UHGV virus genome: UHGV-0106586
DNA length: 61,990 nucleotides
Strand: one strand, 5' to 3'
Origin: a virus
Under the pieces are notes generated by a model that searched no databases, was not told the DNA's origin, and worked only from the letters and a program-made list of their open reading frames with translations. Positions 51,564 to 60,399 of this stretch are shown here, one piece after another. Every line of letters begins with the position of its first letter. Positions within the stretch are counted from its first letter, which is position 1. The position numbers and the translations under genes are program-made.

Positions 51564-53612
51564 TCAATCATCTTCTGGGAATGATGAACTTAATAGCGTA
51601 GCTTCTGCGTATTGGTCGTAGATATTACTGCTAAAGGTCATAAAGCTGGTTTCATCTGGTTTAATGGCAACTTCACCACCAAGTGAAACTTTCACAGGCT
51701 CCTGAATACGTTTGCTCAAAGCACTAATTTCATCTCTCAGGCTTTGGATATCCGTATTCGTTAATGCCGCATCTTGTCTCATGGTGATTAATTCTGGATG
51801 CTGGAAGTTAGCAAGATTCATAGCTGCACTATTAAACCAACCTTTCACATCGTCCATTGTAAATACTGGCTTAAGTCCAGACTCTTTAGCCAGCTCTGGT
51901 AATTTAGCTTGTGCTTCCATTCGTTCAGGTGTAGAGGCTAATCTTTCATAACCTGCATAGATAGCACTACCAGCTAATAGCATATTCCCAAGATTAAACC
52001 TTGATGGTTTCCCGTTCTTTCTATTCACGTTATCCGCTGTAGTATCAGCGACCTGACCTAATCTTGTGATAGCAGTCATAAGCCCGTAAATACTTCTGGT
52101 TACACCAACAACTTTATTTACAGCAATAACACCAGCCAAGACTTTTAAACTATTAATCAAGCCAGAACCTAAAGCATCAACAACTTTCTTTTGTTCATCG
52201 GTTAAACCACGATAAGCCAATGTCACCTCATCAAAGAACGCCCTTACCCTGTAACTAATATCAGTCAGGTTATCGACACCGTGTGACATAGAAGTCATGA
52301 GATTACCAAGACTTTCACCTAATGTTTTACCACTCCCACCAAGACTATTTAAAAGCGTTGTTAAGCTTCTTGTGAAATCTTGAAGACCATTTTCAGAACC
52401 TCTGAAGATATCCGTTAGTGAGTTGTTCCAAGTATTCTTTAAGTTCCCTAACATCGTCTGCGTAGAGTCCTGAATAGCTTTCCAGCCACCTCTGGAATTA
52501 ATCTGTGAACCAAGTTCTTTAGCAAACTTAGGGAGTGCATCAGAGGCTTTAACATCACCATTTTTCATCTTATCGAAAAGCTGTTTTTCAGTCAGACCTA
52601 AAGCCTTTGCAAATGCCTGAGTAGCACCCGGTAAAGCTTCAGATAGTTGCCCCTTAAGCTCTTCAGCCATCACCTGACCCTTAGAAGCCATCTGCGATAC
52701 TGCGGTTAATGCTCTTTGAATCTGCTCATCTGAACGACCCATTAAACGGGCATATCCAGTTAAGTTTTTAAATAATTCCTCTGAGCCTTCAAGACCCATC
52801 GTATTTTTTGCAGATGCACCAAATGAAGCAAACTGTGCTTGTGTTTCGGTTGTGTCCATACCAGTAATTTGAGTTAAATCTTGAATGAACTTTTTGACCT
52901 GTGTACTTTGGTCACCGAATACGAAATCAATACTTCTTTCCGATGATGCACGTTGAAGGCCAACTTCCATAATCTTCTGATAAGCGGATAGTACAGCCTG
53001 AAAGCTGATAAATGCACCTGCTGTTTTAACTGCTGCTGAACTCAAACTATCAAGACTATTAGCTGCTCTGTCACCGTTAATGCTGGTGGATGTATGACCT
53101 TTAGCTTTAGCAATTGCTTCTCTGACTGAAGCATTTAACTGAGCCAGCTTCTCATTGAATTTTGAATTATCCATCTGACCAGCTTTAGCAGATAGCCCGT
53201 AAAACTGAGATTTGATGTATTTCTGCAAAACAGGGTCAAAGCCCTTTAACTTGCTCATATTCGCTGAGTAAGCTGCTGTGATTGCTCTGTTTCCGCTAAT
53301 TCGTGGCTGTCTTGGTTGTTTTGGAGGATTAATAGCGTCATTAACCTGACTTGTGAAACGGAAAGCTTTTGTGCTTCTTGCTCTCTGTTCAATCTTGTCA
53401 AAAGCCTTATTAAACTTCCTTTCAAGTTGCCCTAAAGAACTTGTCAAATTACTATCAAGCTGTTTTGTATTAATCCTGAAACCTTTATTTAGGTTCTTTT
53501 CAATTCTTTGTGCTGACTGCAAAGCTGCCTTTTCAACTCTTTGCAAGCCTTTAACAACGTTTTCACTGAAGCCTAATTCAACGATAAAACTATCAACTGT
53601 AAATTTGCTCAT
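51564..53612 (-). CDS. tail tape measure protein
   Basis: 682 aa, alpha-helical low-complexity composition, TMP-like core QVMAEELKGQLSEALPGA, position upstream of baseplate genes. Confidence 0.7.
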   Translation of the reverse strand: MSKFTVDSFIVELGFSENVVKGLQRVEKAALQSAQRIEKNLNKGFRINTKQLDSNLTSSLGQLERKFNKAFDKIEQRARSTKAFRFTSQVNDAINPPKQPRQPRISGNRAITAAYSANMSKLKGFDPVLQKYIKSQFYGLSAKAGQMDNSKFNEKLAQLNASVREAIAKAKGHTSTSINGDRAANSLDSLSSAAVKTAGAFISFQAVLSAYQKIMEVGLQRASSERSIDFVFGDQSTQVKKFIQDLTQITGMDTTETQAQFASFGASAKNTMGLEGSEELFKNLTGYARLMGRSDEQIQRALTAVSQMASKGQVMAEELKGQLSEALPGATQAFAKALGLTEKQLFDKMKNGDVKASDALPKFAKELGSQINSRGGWKAIQDSTQTMLGNLKNTWNNSLTDIFRGSENGLQDFTRSLTTLLNSLGGSGKTLGESLGNLMTSMSHGVDNLTDISYRVRAFFDEVTLAYRGLTDEQKKVVDALGSGLINSLKVLAGVIAVNKVVGVTRSIYGLMTAITRLGQVADTTADNVNRKNGKPSRFNLGNMLLAGSAIYAGYERLASTPERMEAQAKLPELAKESGLKPVFTMDDVKGWFNSAAMNLANFQHPELITMRQDAALTNTDIQSLRDEISALSKRIQEPVKVSLGGEVAIKPDETSFMTFSSNIYDQYAEATLLSSSFPEDD

Positions 53613-53630
53613 TGTTCATATTTCACCTCT

Positions 53631-53700
53631 TTAAGCGTGTTGTACGTAAATTCTATTTTTCAGTGTGGGTATTAGCTTTACAGATTTCACGTAGCACACA
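53631..53700 (-). promoter_or_regulatory. conserved ~70-bp element upstream of the tape measure gene (copy 2 of 2)
   Basis: Same conserved blocks as 51487-51556 in the same order and spacing. Confidence 0.4.
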
Positions 53701-53770
53701 TACAAAAAAGGGAGAAACTACCGATGTCACTCGATAATCTCTCCCGTAGATTTTTACCCAACCAATCTTT

Positions 53771-53974
53771 TTACCCAACCAGATAATAATTGCCATCTTC
53801 ACCAACAATCTGACAATCACTTGGTAATTTATCAAGACACCATTTAGCGATTCTTCTGATTCTGTTATTTTGCTTAGAGGTGGATGATTTGATTCGTTTT
53901 GGTTTGTTGGGTTGTTCTTTCAGTCGTTCACTAATTGCCTTGATGAGTTCATAGCGTTCTGTTAAATCAATCAT
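53771..53974 (-). CDS. hypothetical protein (67 aa), N-terminus paralogous to the next ORF
   Basis: MIDLTERYELIK vs MNDLTERDKRIK. Confidence 0.3.
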   Translation of the reverse strand: MIDLTERYELIKAISERLKEQPNKPKRIKSSTSKQNNRIRRIAKWCLDKLPSDCQIVGEDGNYYLVG

Positions 53975-53999
53975 TCACCACCTCCTTTTTAATTCGATT

Positions 54000-54308
54000 T
54001 TAATCTAAGTAGTGTATACACTCGACACCGCGTTCATTCTTTTGAATTTCATAACGTAGTGAAAGACCAGTTTGATAATACACAGTATCAAGCTTATTTA
54101 TCTTATCCTTGAGTTCGATAAGAAGTCGCGTTAAATCATCCCGACCATCACACTTTAGTTCGGCAAGAGGCTTTTCGTCCATACGACCAATAAGATATTC
54201 AGTGACCTCCTGAATATCACCAAGAGTCGTTTTAATTTCATTGAACCTATCTTCAAAAGGTTCCATCACCCCTTTAATTCTTTTATCACGTTCTGTTAAA
54301 TCATTCAT
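54000..54308 (-). CDS. hypothetical protein (102 aa)
   Basis: ORF in track. Confidence 0.4.
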   Translation of the reverse strand: MNDLTERDKRIKGVMEPFEDRFNEIKTTLGDIQEVTEYLIGRMDEKPLAELKCDGRDDLTRLLIELKDKINKLDTVYYQTGLSLRYEIQKNERGVECIHYLD

Positions 54309-54316
54309 TAATCACC

Positions 54317-55027
54317 TCAAATAGCCTTTGCATATTTCTGAGAAATCTTCATTAACTGCTCAATATCGGCTTGCATAGCAATCTTCTTCTGTGATTCATA
54401 TTCACTAACAAGTTCTTTCATAGCCTGAAGCTCTCTTGAGAGATACAACTTAACATTTTCAAGTTGCTTGTTACGTGATGCCAAGATGTTCTGTCTAGCA
54501 AGTTCACAGAGTTCTTCATCGCTCTTATTAGTCATATAAATAAATTGACCAGCACCCCTTGAAGCTTTAACCATCTTCACAATTCGATATCCGTCAGGAA
54601 GATTATTAATCACGTCTGGGATATTCTCAGGAAAAGTACCAAAACCATCATTATCTTCGTATTGGTAATAGACAAATGGTTTCTGTGACAATTCATCCTG
54701 AATCTCAAATTCTGACGGCTCAATAGCTGATTGCATCAGGGTAACTTTGCTGTAAGCGTCATCAAGTTTAATACGCTGTGCTTTTAACTGTGGGTAATAT
54801 TCACGCTCAAGATTAAATAGTGCTTCACTTTTGCAGATATCTGGCATTTCTTGAGGCTCAGGAGACACAAAGGTAATTTCCTTTGGTGACATCTTTAACG
54901 ATTGCTCAAGCTTAATTCTTTCATCGTGTTCTTTACGCTGAATAGTGATAGCTGGATGTTCAGTCTGTGGCGACCAGTCACCGAAGCTATCAACCTTTCT
55001 GCCATTAATGTAAATATCATTTGTCAT
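54317..55027 (-). CDS. hypothetical protein (236 aa)
   Basis: ORF with ATG and GAGGAAAT RBS. Confidence 0.45.
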   Translation of the reverse strand: MTNDIYINGRKVDSFGDWSPQTEHPAITIQRKEHDERIKLEQSLKMSPKEITFVSPEPQEMPDICKSEALFNLEREYYPQLKAQRIKLDDAYSKVTLMQSAIEPSEFEIQDELSQKPFVYYQYEDNDGFGTFPENIPDVINNLPDGYRIVKMVKASRGAGQFIYMTNKSDEELCELARQNILASRNKQLENVKLYLSRELQAMKELVSEYESQKKIAMQADIEQLMKISQKYAKAI

Positions 55028-55553
55028 TATAATTTCCTCTAAGTGTGATTATTTCTTAATAGAGCACCTTCAACGCCAATACACTTAGAAGATGACTTAA
55101 CGATTTATTAAAGATGCTCTATAAAGAAAAGCCCTAAACATAGGTTCATCCTCATCTGTGAAGGGCTTTGGAGGTTTGCTTTAACGTTAACGAAGTTTCA
55201 GGAAAAAGTTCTGTTTGAAAACTCTTAAAGAAACGCCCTAACTCATGATTAGGGCAAAGCTGTAAAGGGTTCAATGAATGAATGATTAAGCACTTTTTGA
55301 GATAGCCTATCTAGTGTGGGCTAAATAGGCCATGACGAAAAGCATTGCACCTTTCCAACTCAGAATATAGTTATCATCGATGTAGAGACGATTAATATTT
55401 TAATTCAAGGAGAATTGCTCTCCCTATATATACAATTATGTCATGCTCAAGGTTATTTGTCAACAGCTTTTTAACAGATTGGTAACATTTATACTTTAAT
55501 AGATGCACCTGCAATCATACCAATCAATACAAAACAGATAATCACCAATTCCA

Positions 55554-55877
55554 TTAATGCACCACCTTCGAATCCGTCACCAAAATATTGTCAGCGTACA
55601 AAATTGCTATAGCTGCCTTGAGATATCTTTCAGGGCTAATACTGTATTTGTTCGTTTGCTCGATAACCAATCTTTTCATGTTGCTGTCTATAATTGGTAG
55701 CATCATTCGAGGCTCGTTAAACTCCACCGACTGAATAAAGTCTTCAATTACTTCTGAGTTATCAGCCATTAGCCTTAACAGCCTGTCAAAGTCAATGCTA
55801 ACACCTACATCAGTGAAAGCCTGAATCATCATAGCGGTGTCGTTATCAACGAAAATCTGTAATGGGTAATTGTTCAT
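55554..55877 (-). CDS. hypothetical protein (107 aa from ATG 55877)
   Basis: ATG with AAAGGAGA RBS. Confidence 0.45.
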   Translation of the reverse strand: MNNYPLQIFVDNDTAMMIQAFTDVGVSIDFDRLLRLMADNSEVIEDFIQSVEFNEPRMMLPIIDSNMKRLVIEQTNKYSISPERYLKAAIAILYADNILVTDSKVVH

Positions 55878-56032
55878 TTTTAAAATCTCCTTTTTACCAG
55901 ACCTCCTCAATCGCTCTGTAACGAGCTAAACAGTCTTTTTCAGGGGTAGCCTGTACAGTGGTATTACCCACCCTAAAATAAGATAGTTTTTTGCGTTAGA
56001 ATGCGATTGAGAGCGCCTGAGAAGCTATTTTT

Positions 56033-56320
56033 CTAATTTCTCTTAAAGTCTCGGACTTGCATAAGATTTTTTGGTCTGGTATCGGCTCTGTTACCATTTC
56101 GATGGATAATTTGCTTGTTGGATTGATAGCCATGATAAAGGAACCAGACAACATATTTCACGTAGAAAGTATATCGGCCTATATTAAATGTTTTGTTGCC
56201 GTAGTCGTCGGTATTTATCGTGACTGACTCTCCATCAGACCAGCACAGGGAATCACTGGATTCATCATAGATAAGGTGTTCTGTAAAATATCGTCTAACA
56301 TCTTCATGCCAAGGTTTCAT
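56033..56320 (-). CDS. truncated/degenerate HNH-like protein (N-terminal HNH region only, no AP2 domain)
   Basis: LIYDESSDSLCW...FYVKYVVWFLYHGYQ...IIHRNGNRADTRPKNL parallels the N-terminal halves of the intact HNH-AP2 proteins but with substituted catalytic positions. Confidence 0.4.
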   Translation of the reverse strand: MKPWHEDVRRYFTEHLIYDESSDSLCWSDGESVTINTDDYGNKTFNIGRYTFYVKYVVWFLYHGYQSNKQIIHRNGNRADTRPKNLMQVRDFKRN

Positions 56321-56532
56321 AAAACCTCCTCACCCCAATAACCTAATTCAATCTTGTGACGCTCAAACCATTCCGGTTTAACTGCTGTTTTCAGTACTTC
56401 ATTTGGGCCAATGGCTTTAATGAAAATATCTTTTGAGTTATGGATGTCACCGAATCCGTTTCCCTTAATCAGGAGGTCGGAGATGTGGCGAATCATTTTA
56501 TCCGTGTGGTATTCAAAGGTAACGCATAGCAT
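56317..56532 (-). CDS. hypothetical protein (71 aa)
   Basis: ORF in track. Confidence 0.35.
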   Translation of the reverse strand: MLCVTFEYHTDKMIRHISDLLIKGNGFGDIHNSKDIFIKAIGPNEVLKTAVKPEWFERHKIELGYWGEEVL

Positions 56533-56810
56533 TAAACCTCCATCGCTAACTTGTGAATCTTAAGACTCAATAGACGGGCAATATCAATCTTAAAGCCGTT
56601 AAGTGCCTTCAAAGTATCTAAAGCGTCCTGAGTAATTCGGATGTGCTTACGACCTTTAGAGACTGGATATTTAAGTAAATCCGACTCAGTGACCTCTTTA
56701 GCAATTGCAAGCTGCATTACAGTTTGATGAGGCAAGTTAGTAGCTCGTTTAATTCTGGTAAGCTCGTTAAAAGCTTCCTCTGAAATACGGGTTAATGTGT
56801 GTTTATTCAT
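56532..56810 (-). CDS. hypothetical protein (92 aa)
   Basis: ORF in track. Confidence 0.4.
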   Translation of the reverse strand: MNKHTLTRISEEAFNELTRIKRATNLPHQTVMQLAIAKEVTESDLLKYPVSKGRKHIRITQDALDTLKALNGFKIDIARLLSLKIHKLAMEV

Positions 56811-57368
56811 TTAAAATTCCTCTGTAACTAAATACGGGTCAAACTCGAAATCTGGTTGCTCGTTTTCCATTGGCTCAATATTCCCAACGGCAATATGATG
56901 TTCAACAATACCAATTAGCTTTGCACACATTACAGCAAGCAAAGCGCAATATTTATCGCTTGGTAATTCATGGCTAAGTCTGGTTGCTTGTCTTTGAAGA
57001 TAATTTGTCACGCTGGCTGCGTTAATTTCGTCAAGATTCTTTAGAAGATAAAATAGTTTTTTGTTGTATTTCGGGTGGCCTTCACTTCTACAGAATCCAA
57101 TGAAAATATCATCAAGCTTACTTGGTAGTTGCTCGTAAGAATCAAAGTTAGCCAGATAATTTTTAATAGTGTTCTGGGTGCTCTTTCTGGTTGGCATAAA
57201 TCTGTCTCGTGGCGTAATGCTACGAATTACTTCGTCAATGCCTTTGCGTTCTTTCTTGGTGAGCTTGGGTAGTTCGTAGCTGGTTGGGTTGTTTGTGTAA
57301 GCGTAGGAGTTGTGCTTGTTACGTTGTCTCGATGCCTGAAGCATCGCTCTAAATTCTGCGTCTCTCAT
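56811..57368 (-). CDS. hypothetical protein (185 aa)
   Basis: ORF in track; first gene of a minus-strand operon. Confidence 0.45.
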   Translation of the reverse strand: MRDAEFRAMLQASRQRNKHNSYAYTNNPTSYELPKLTKKERKGIDEVIRSITPRDRFMPTRKSTQNTIKNYLANFDSYEQLPSKLDDIFIGFCRSEGHPKYNKKLFYLLKNLDEINAASVTNYLQRQATRLSHELPSDKYCALLAVMCAKLIGIVEHHIAVGNIEPMENEQPDFEFDPYLVTEEF

Positions 57369-57419
57369 TCATGTTCCGACCCTCATAAGATGTTATTATT
57401 CTGTTAACTTATATATACA

Positions 57420-57448
57420 ATACTAGCATTTTCAAAGACTAATGTCAA
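57420..57448 (-). promoter_or_regulatory. sigma70-like promoter for minus-strand operon 57368..55554 (-35 TTGACA, 17-bp spacer, -10 TAGTAT)
   Basis: Read from reverse complement of 57420-57448. Confidence 0.35.
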
Positions 57449-57473
57449 GTATTTTTTAACATTTTATTAACAT

Positions 57474-57486
57474 CTGTGGTATAATG
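57474..57486 (+). promoter_or_regulatory. extended -10 promoter-like element (TGGTATAAT), plus strand
   Basis: TGnTATAAT seen at 57478-57486; no good -35. Confidence 0.35.
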
Positions 57487-57612
57487 GTTCTATGGGGAGA
57501 GTAAAATATAAAGGCGTGGCTATGAGGTTTATTCGATAGGGGTTGGTACAAGCCCAACTAACCGAATCAACTATGTATGTCACATGGTATTGCATTGCAC
57601 ACAGGAAATTTA

Positions 57613-57789
57613 ATGGTAAATCTCCCTCCTGAACTGGGGTCACCTGATGTATGGGCTGGTGGAGGTATCGGGCTGATTGCAGGTCTGTTACTCCGCTACG
57701 TCCTCGTCAGAGTGCTTGTTGTCTTTAAACTGTTCGGTCGTACATGGACGCTTGACCTTAAGGATAATGACCACACGGACCCCCGTTAA
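57613..57789 (+). CDS. small single-pass membrane protein candidate (58 aa), more GC-rich than surroundings
   Basis: AGGAAA RBS then ATG; GGGIGLIAGLLLRYVLVRVLVVF hydrophobic helix. Confidence 0.3.
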   Translation: MVNLPPELGSPDVWAGGGIGLIAGLLLRYVLVRVLVVFKLFGRTWTLDLKDNDHTDPR

Positions 57790-58840
57790 ACCCCCTTCAA
57801 AACCCCTATACCATCTCGTACAGGGGTATCTTTAGCATTTTGTGCTATCTATTAAAAAATAGCTTGACAGAACCAGAAAGCTGTATCTATCAAGTATTCA
57901 CCTCTCTGACAGTGATTTCTAAAAGTTCTTATTTTTCAATAAGTTGTAATTAGCCATATATAGTAGCTGTTCAGCACCTTCACAGATGACTTCAAGCCTT
58001 CTTAGCTATCCACTAAGCGGGAGAAGAGCGATAACCCCAGAGAGGGAAGCTCCCTTCTAATTGGTATTGTTATGAGGATGCTTCATCCGAATCATCTACC
58101 AATCCCTAAACCGACTTTCTTAACCAGCCCTTTACGTTATTCGTTCACAGTGTTGATAAGTGGTTTTGCCCTCTGTTTCTGTTATCATCGGGCTTACCTT
58201 ATCAGGGCTTTGAAATGCCCTGTAACTCCCCTCTTAACGGGAGAGAAAGAACATAGTGACCCCAAGCGAAGCGCCCCTCTAAAAAGATTTTTTAGCTACT
58301 TTGTTTAAAAGCACATCAAACGATACATTTTATTGATTTAGGTCAAAGACAAAAGCATTGACAAAATGGTAAGATTGTTCACATGACCTTACTTAACAGA
58401 TTCTTAAGAGCTTTGAAACAGCCTGTCTAACAAGGTCACTACCTCTGGTCTTATCGTTCCCTCTCTTCTTGGTAGTTCTGTTAAGTATTTTTCAGTTTTA
58501 TTCTTAAGATAATTGTTAAGATAGAACCTACCTTCGGTTTCATGGTTCTCTTCCTCCCGTTAAACAATTCTTCCTAACTATCTACATAATCACTACCAAG
58601 AATCTTACAAGGTAATATCCAGACCTCTTATAGTTGACCTGATACAGAAACATTACAGACATGCTCTCTAGGTTCTGTGTAGTTCCCTTGTTGGGAATAG
58701 ATGCTCCTACAATAAGAGCATCATTAATCTATATACTCCTCTTCCGAGAACTTAATGTTTTTTTAATGTATATCAATCATTATCCAAAATATGATATGAA
58801 GTTTCTTGGTAGTATTACATCAACAAGTTAATTGAAATAA

Positions 58841-59284
58841 GGAATATTATTTAGAAATGGTGTAAAAATCGAGGGTTCACTTGTAAATCCTAAACCAAGA
58901 CAATACCTGGCTTTTGGTTGTCGGATTAATGGTAAGTTCAGAATACTTAAGGTGCATCAGGTTATTTTCTATCTATATCATGGTAAACAAGCTAAACTAT
59001 AGATTGACCATATAGATGGTGACCCGCTAAATAATGCTATTAGCAATCTTCGCGAGGTTACCAAAGAGCAGAATCAGGCAAACATGATACCCAGAAAGAA
59101 AACAAAATCAGGTTACAAGGGGGTACACCCAAGAGTGGATAACAAGGGGTTCTGGGCTACAATACGCTGTAATGGAAAATCTCATTATCTGGGTCAGTTT
59201 AATACAGCAGAAGAAGCTGCAAAAGCCTATGATGCTGCATCACTGGAATTGCATGGTGAATATGGACACAGGAATTTTAGCTGA
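58841..59284 (+). pseudogene. HNH-AP2 homing endonuclease pseudogene: no start codon for the N-terminal part, in-frame TAG at 59000-59002, AP2-domain remnant retained as ORF 59084..59284
   Basis: Hand translation ...VHQVIFYLYHGKQAKL*IDHIDGDPLNNAISNLRE...SGYKGVHPRVDNKGFWATIRCNGKSHYLGQFNTAEEAAKAY parallels the intact copy at 34184..34687. Confidence 0.6.
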
Positions 59285-60237
59285 TAGTTAATAAAGACCT
59301 GACATAAACTTGTCGATAGGTCTGATTAAAGTTTATACAGTGATTTTTCATCTTCTAATTTTTTTATAAAAATCGTAGTAGCCTCTCTACATTCCCCTTC
59401 ACCGATAATCTTCAAAAATATCTACACAGTTGATTCGGTAGAATCTACCTCATGATTGATGGCTGTTAAGTACCCCAGATTCACGATATAGCACCCCCTT
59501 TGCAAAAGCAGTTAAAATATCTATAACCAATTATTGACTTTCTTTATAGCATCTGTTAACTCCACATCAAGAAACCTTTATCACACTTCAAAGCATCTAT
59601 CAAGAAGATTTCACCTATCAATAGATGTAACATTTTATAGTTCTGTGAAGTCCTATCCAGTTTTCTCTGTAACAGACACAAACTTCTGTGACCTTATGTA
59701 TCAATGACTTACAAGACATGCTCTCAAGGTGCTGTATAGCCTCTTATCTTCAAATACACAAAACCCTTATAAATCAGTACTGATACGTATACAGTTCGTT
59801 TTTAACATAATAGCTGTTTTACGCACTAATCGTGTTCTACATGAAATCTGTATAGATATTAAGGTGTCTGTAAGTGATTTTTTAAGAGGAGCTACGAAGA
59901 ACTATAACCATCACCTCCTAACTTTCACATGGGAAACTGTTAAGCAGCTTGATAGTCACTTTGAGGGAATATTGATAGTGACCAACTGCATAGATAGCGT
60001 TATATAGTCCTGTATATAGCACTTTTCTAGGAGTCGAGAGAGGGACGACTAACACGATACAGTTTACCCTGAAAAGAGACTTCACAGATTCTTTATATAT
60101 TTCAATAAGTTATGCTAAAAAGGGACTATATCAATACTGCATAGAATCTGTGTAAAACTGCTTAGATAGTGCATAAATACACCGTTGAATTGCATAATCA
60201 TTCACTGATATTGTCCTGTTATTAACAGGTATGTTCT

Positions 60238-60316
60238 CATAGTTGATTCGGATGTTCTAGGAATCATCCTCATAGTTGATTCGGATGTTCTAGGAATCAT
60301 CCTCATAGTTGATTTA
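60238..60316. repeat. 33-bp tandem direct repeat (catagttgattcggatgttctaggaatcatcct), 2.4 copies, with internal dyad symmetry; ~85 bp upstream of the recombinase-like gene
   Basis: Copies at 60238-60270, 60271-60303 and a partial copy at 60304-60316; related sequence at 59429-59464. Confidence 0.7.
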
Positions 60317-60399
60317 GACCTTGATGATTTTTATTAGACACGTTTAAATACACTACCTAAAGCGATACAATCTAGGTATCAGTTTTGAGGTGGTAAACA

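Noticed and set aside
53653-53974. Overlapping small ORFs just upstream of the tape-measure gene as a G/GT-type frameshift chaperone pair
   Set aside because: ORFs are only 60 and 67 aa, no slippery heptamer was seen in the overlap, and the 67-aa ORF is paralogous to a neighbouring non-structural ORF; no support for programmed frameshifting.
58072-58308. ORF 58072-58308 (78 aa) and ORF 59729-60007 (92 aa) as genes
   Set aside because: No RBS, odd composition, and they overlap repeat and hairpin elements in the ORF-poor region; more likely non-coding.
60238-60316. Tandem repeats as a possible CRISPR array
   Set aside because: Only 2.4 contiguous copies with no spacers and no cas genes; it is a simple tandem repeat or binding-site array.
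57370-60399. tRNA gene cluster in the ORF-poor region
   Set aside because: No GTTCRANYC T-loop motif with matching acceptor-stem complementarity found by eye; a tRNA scan is needed before excluding it fully.
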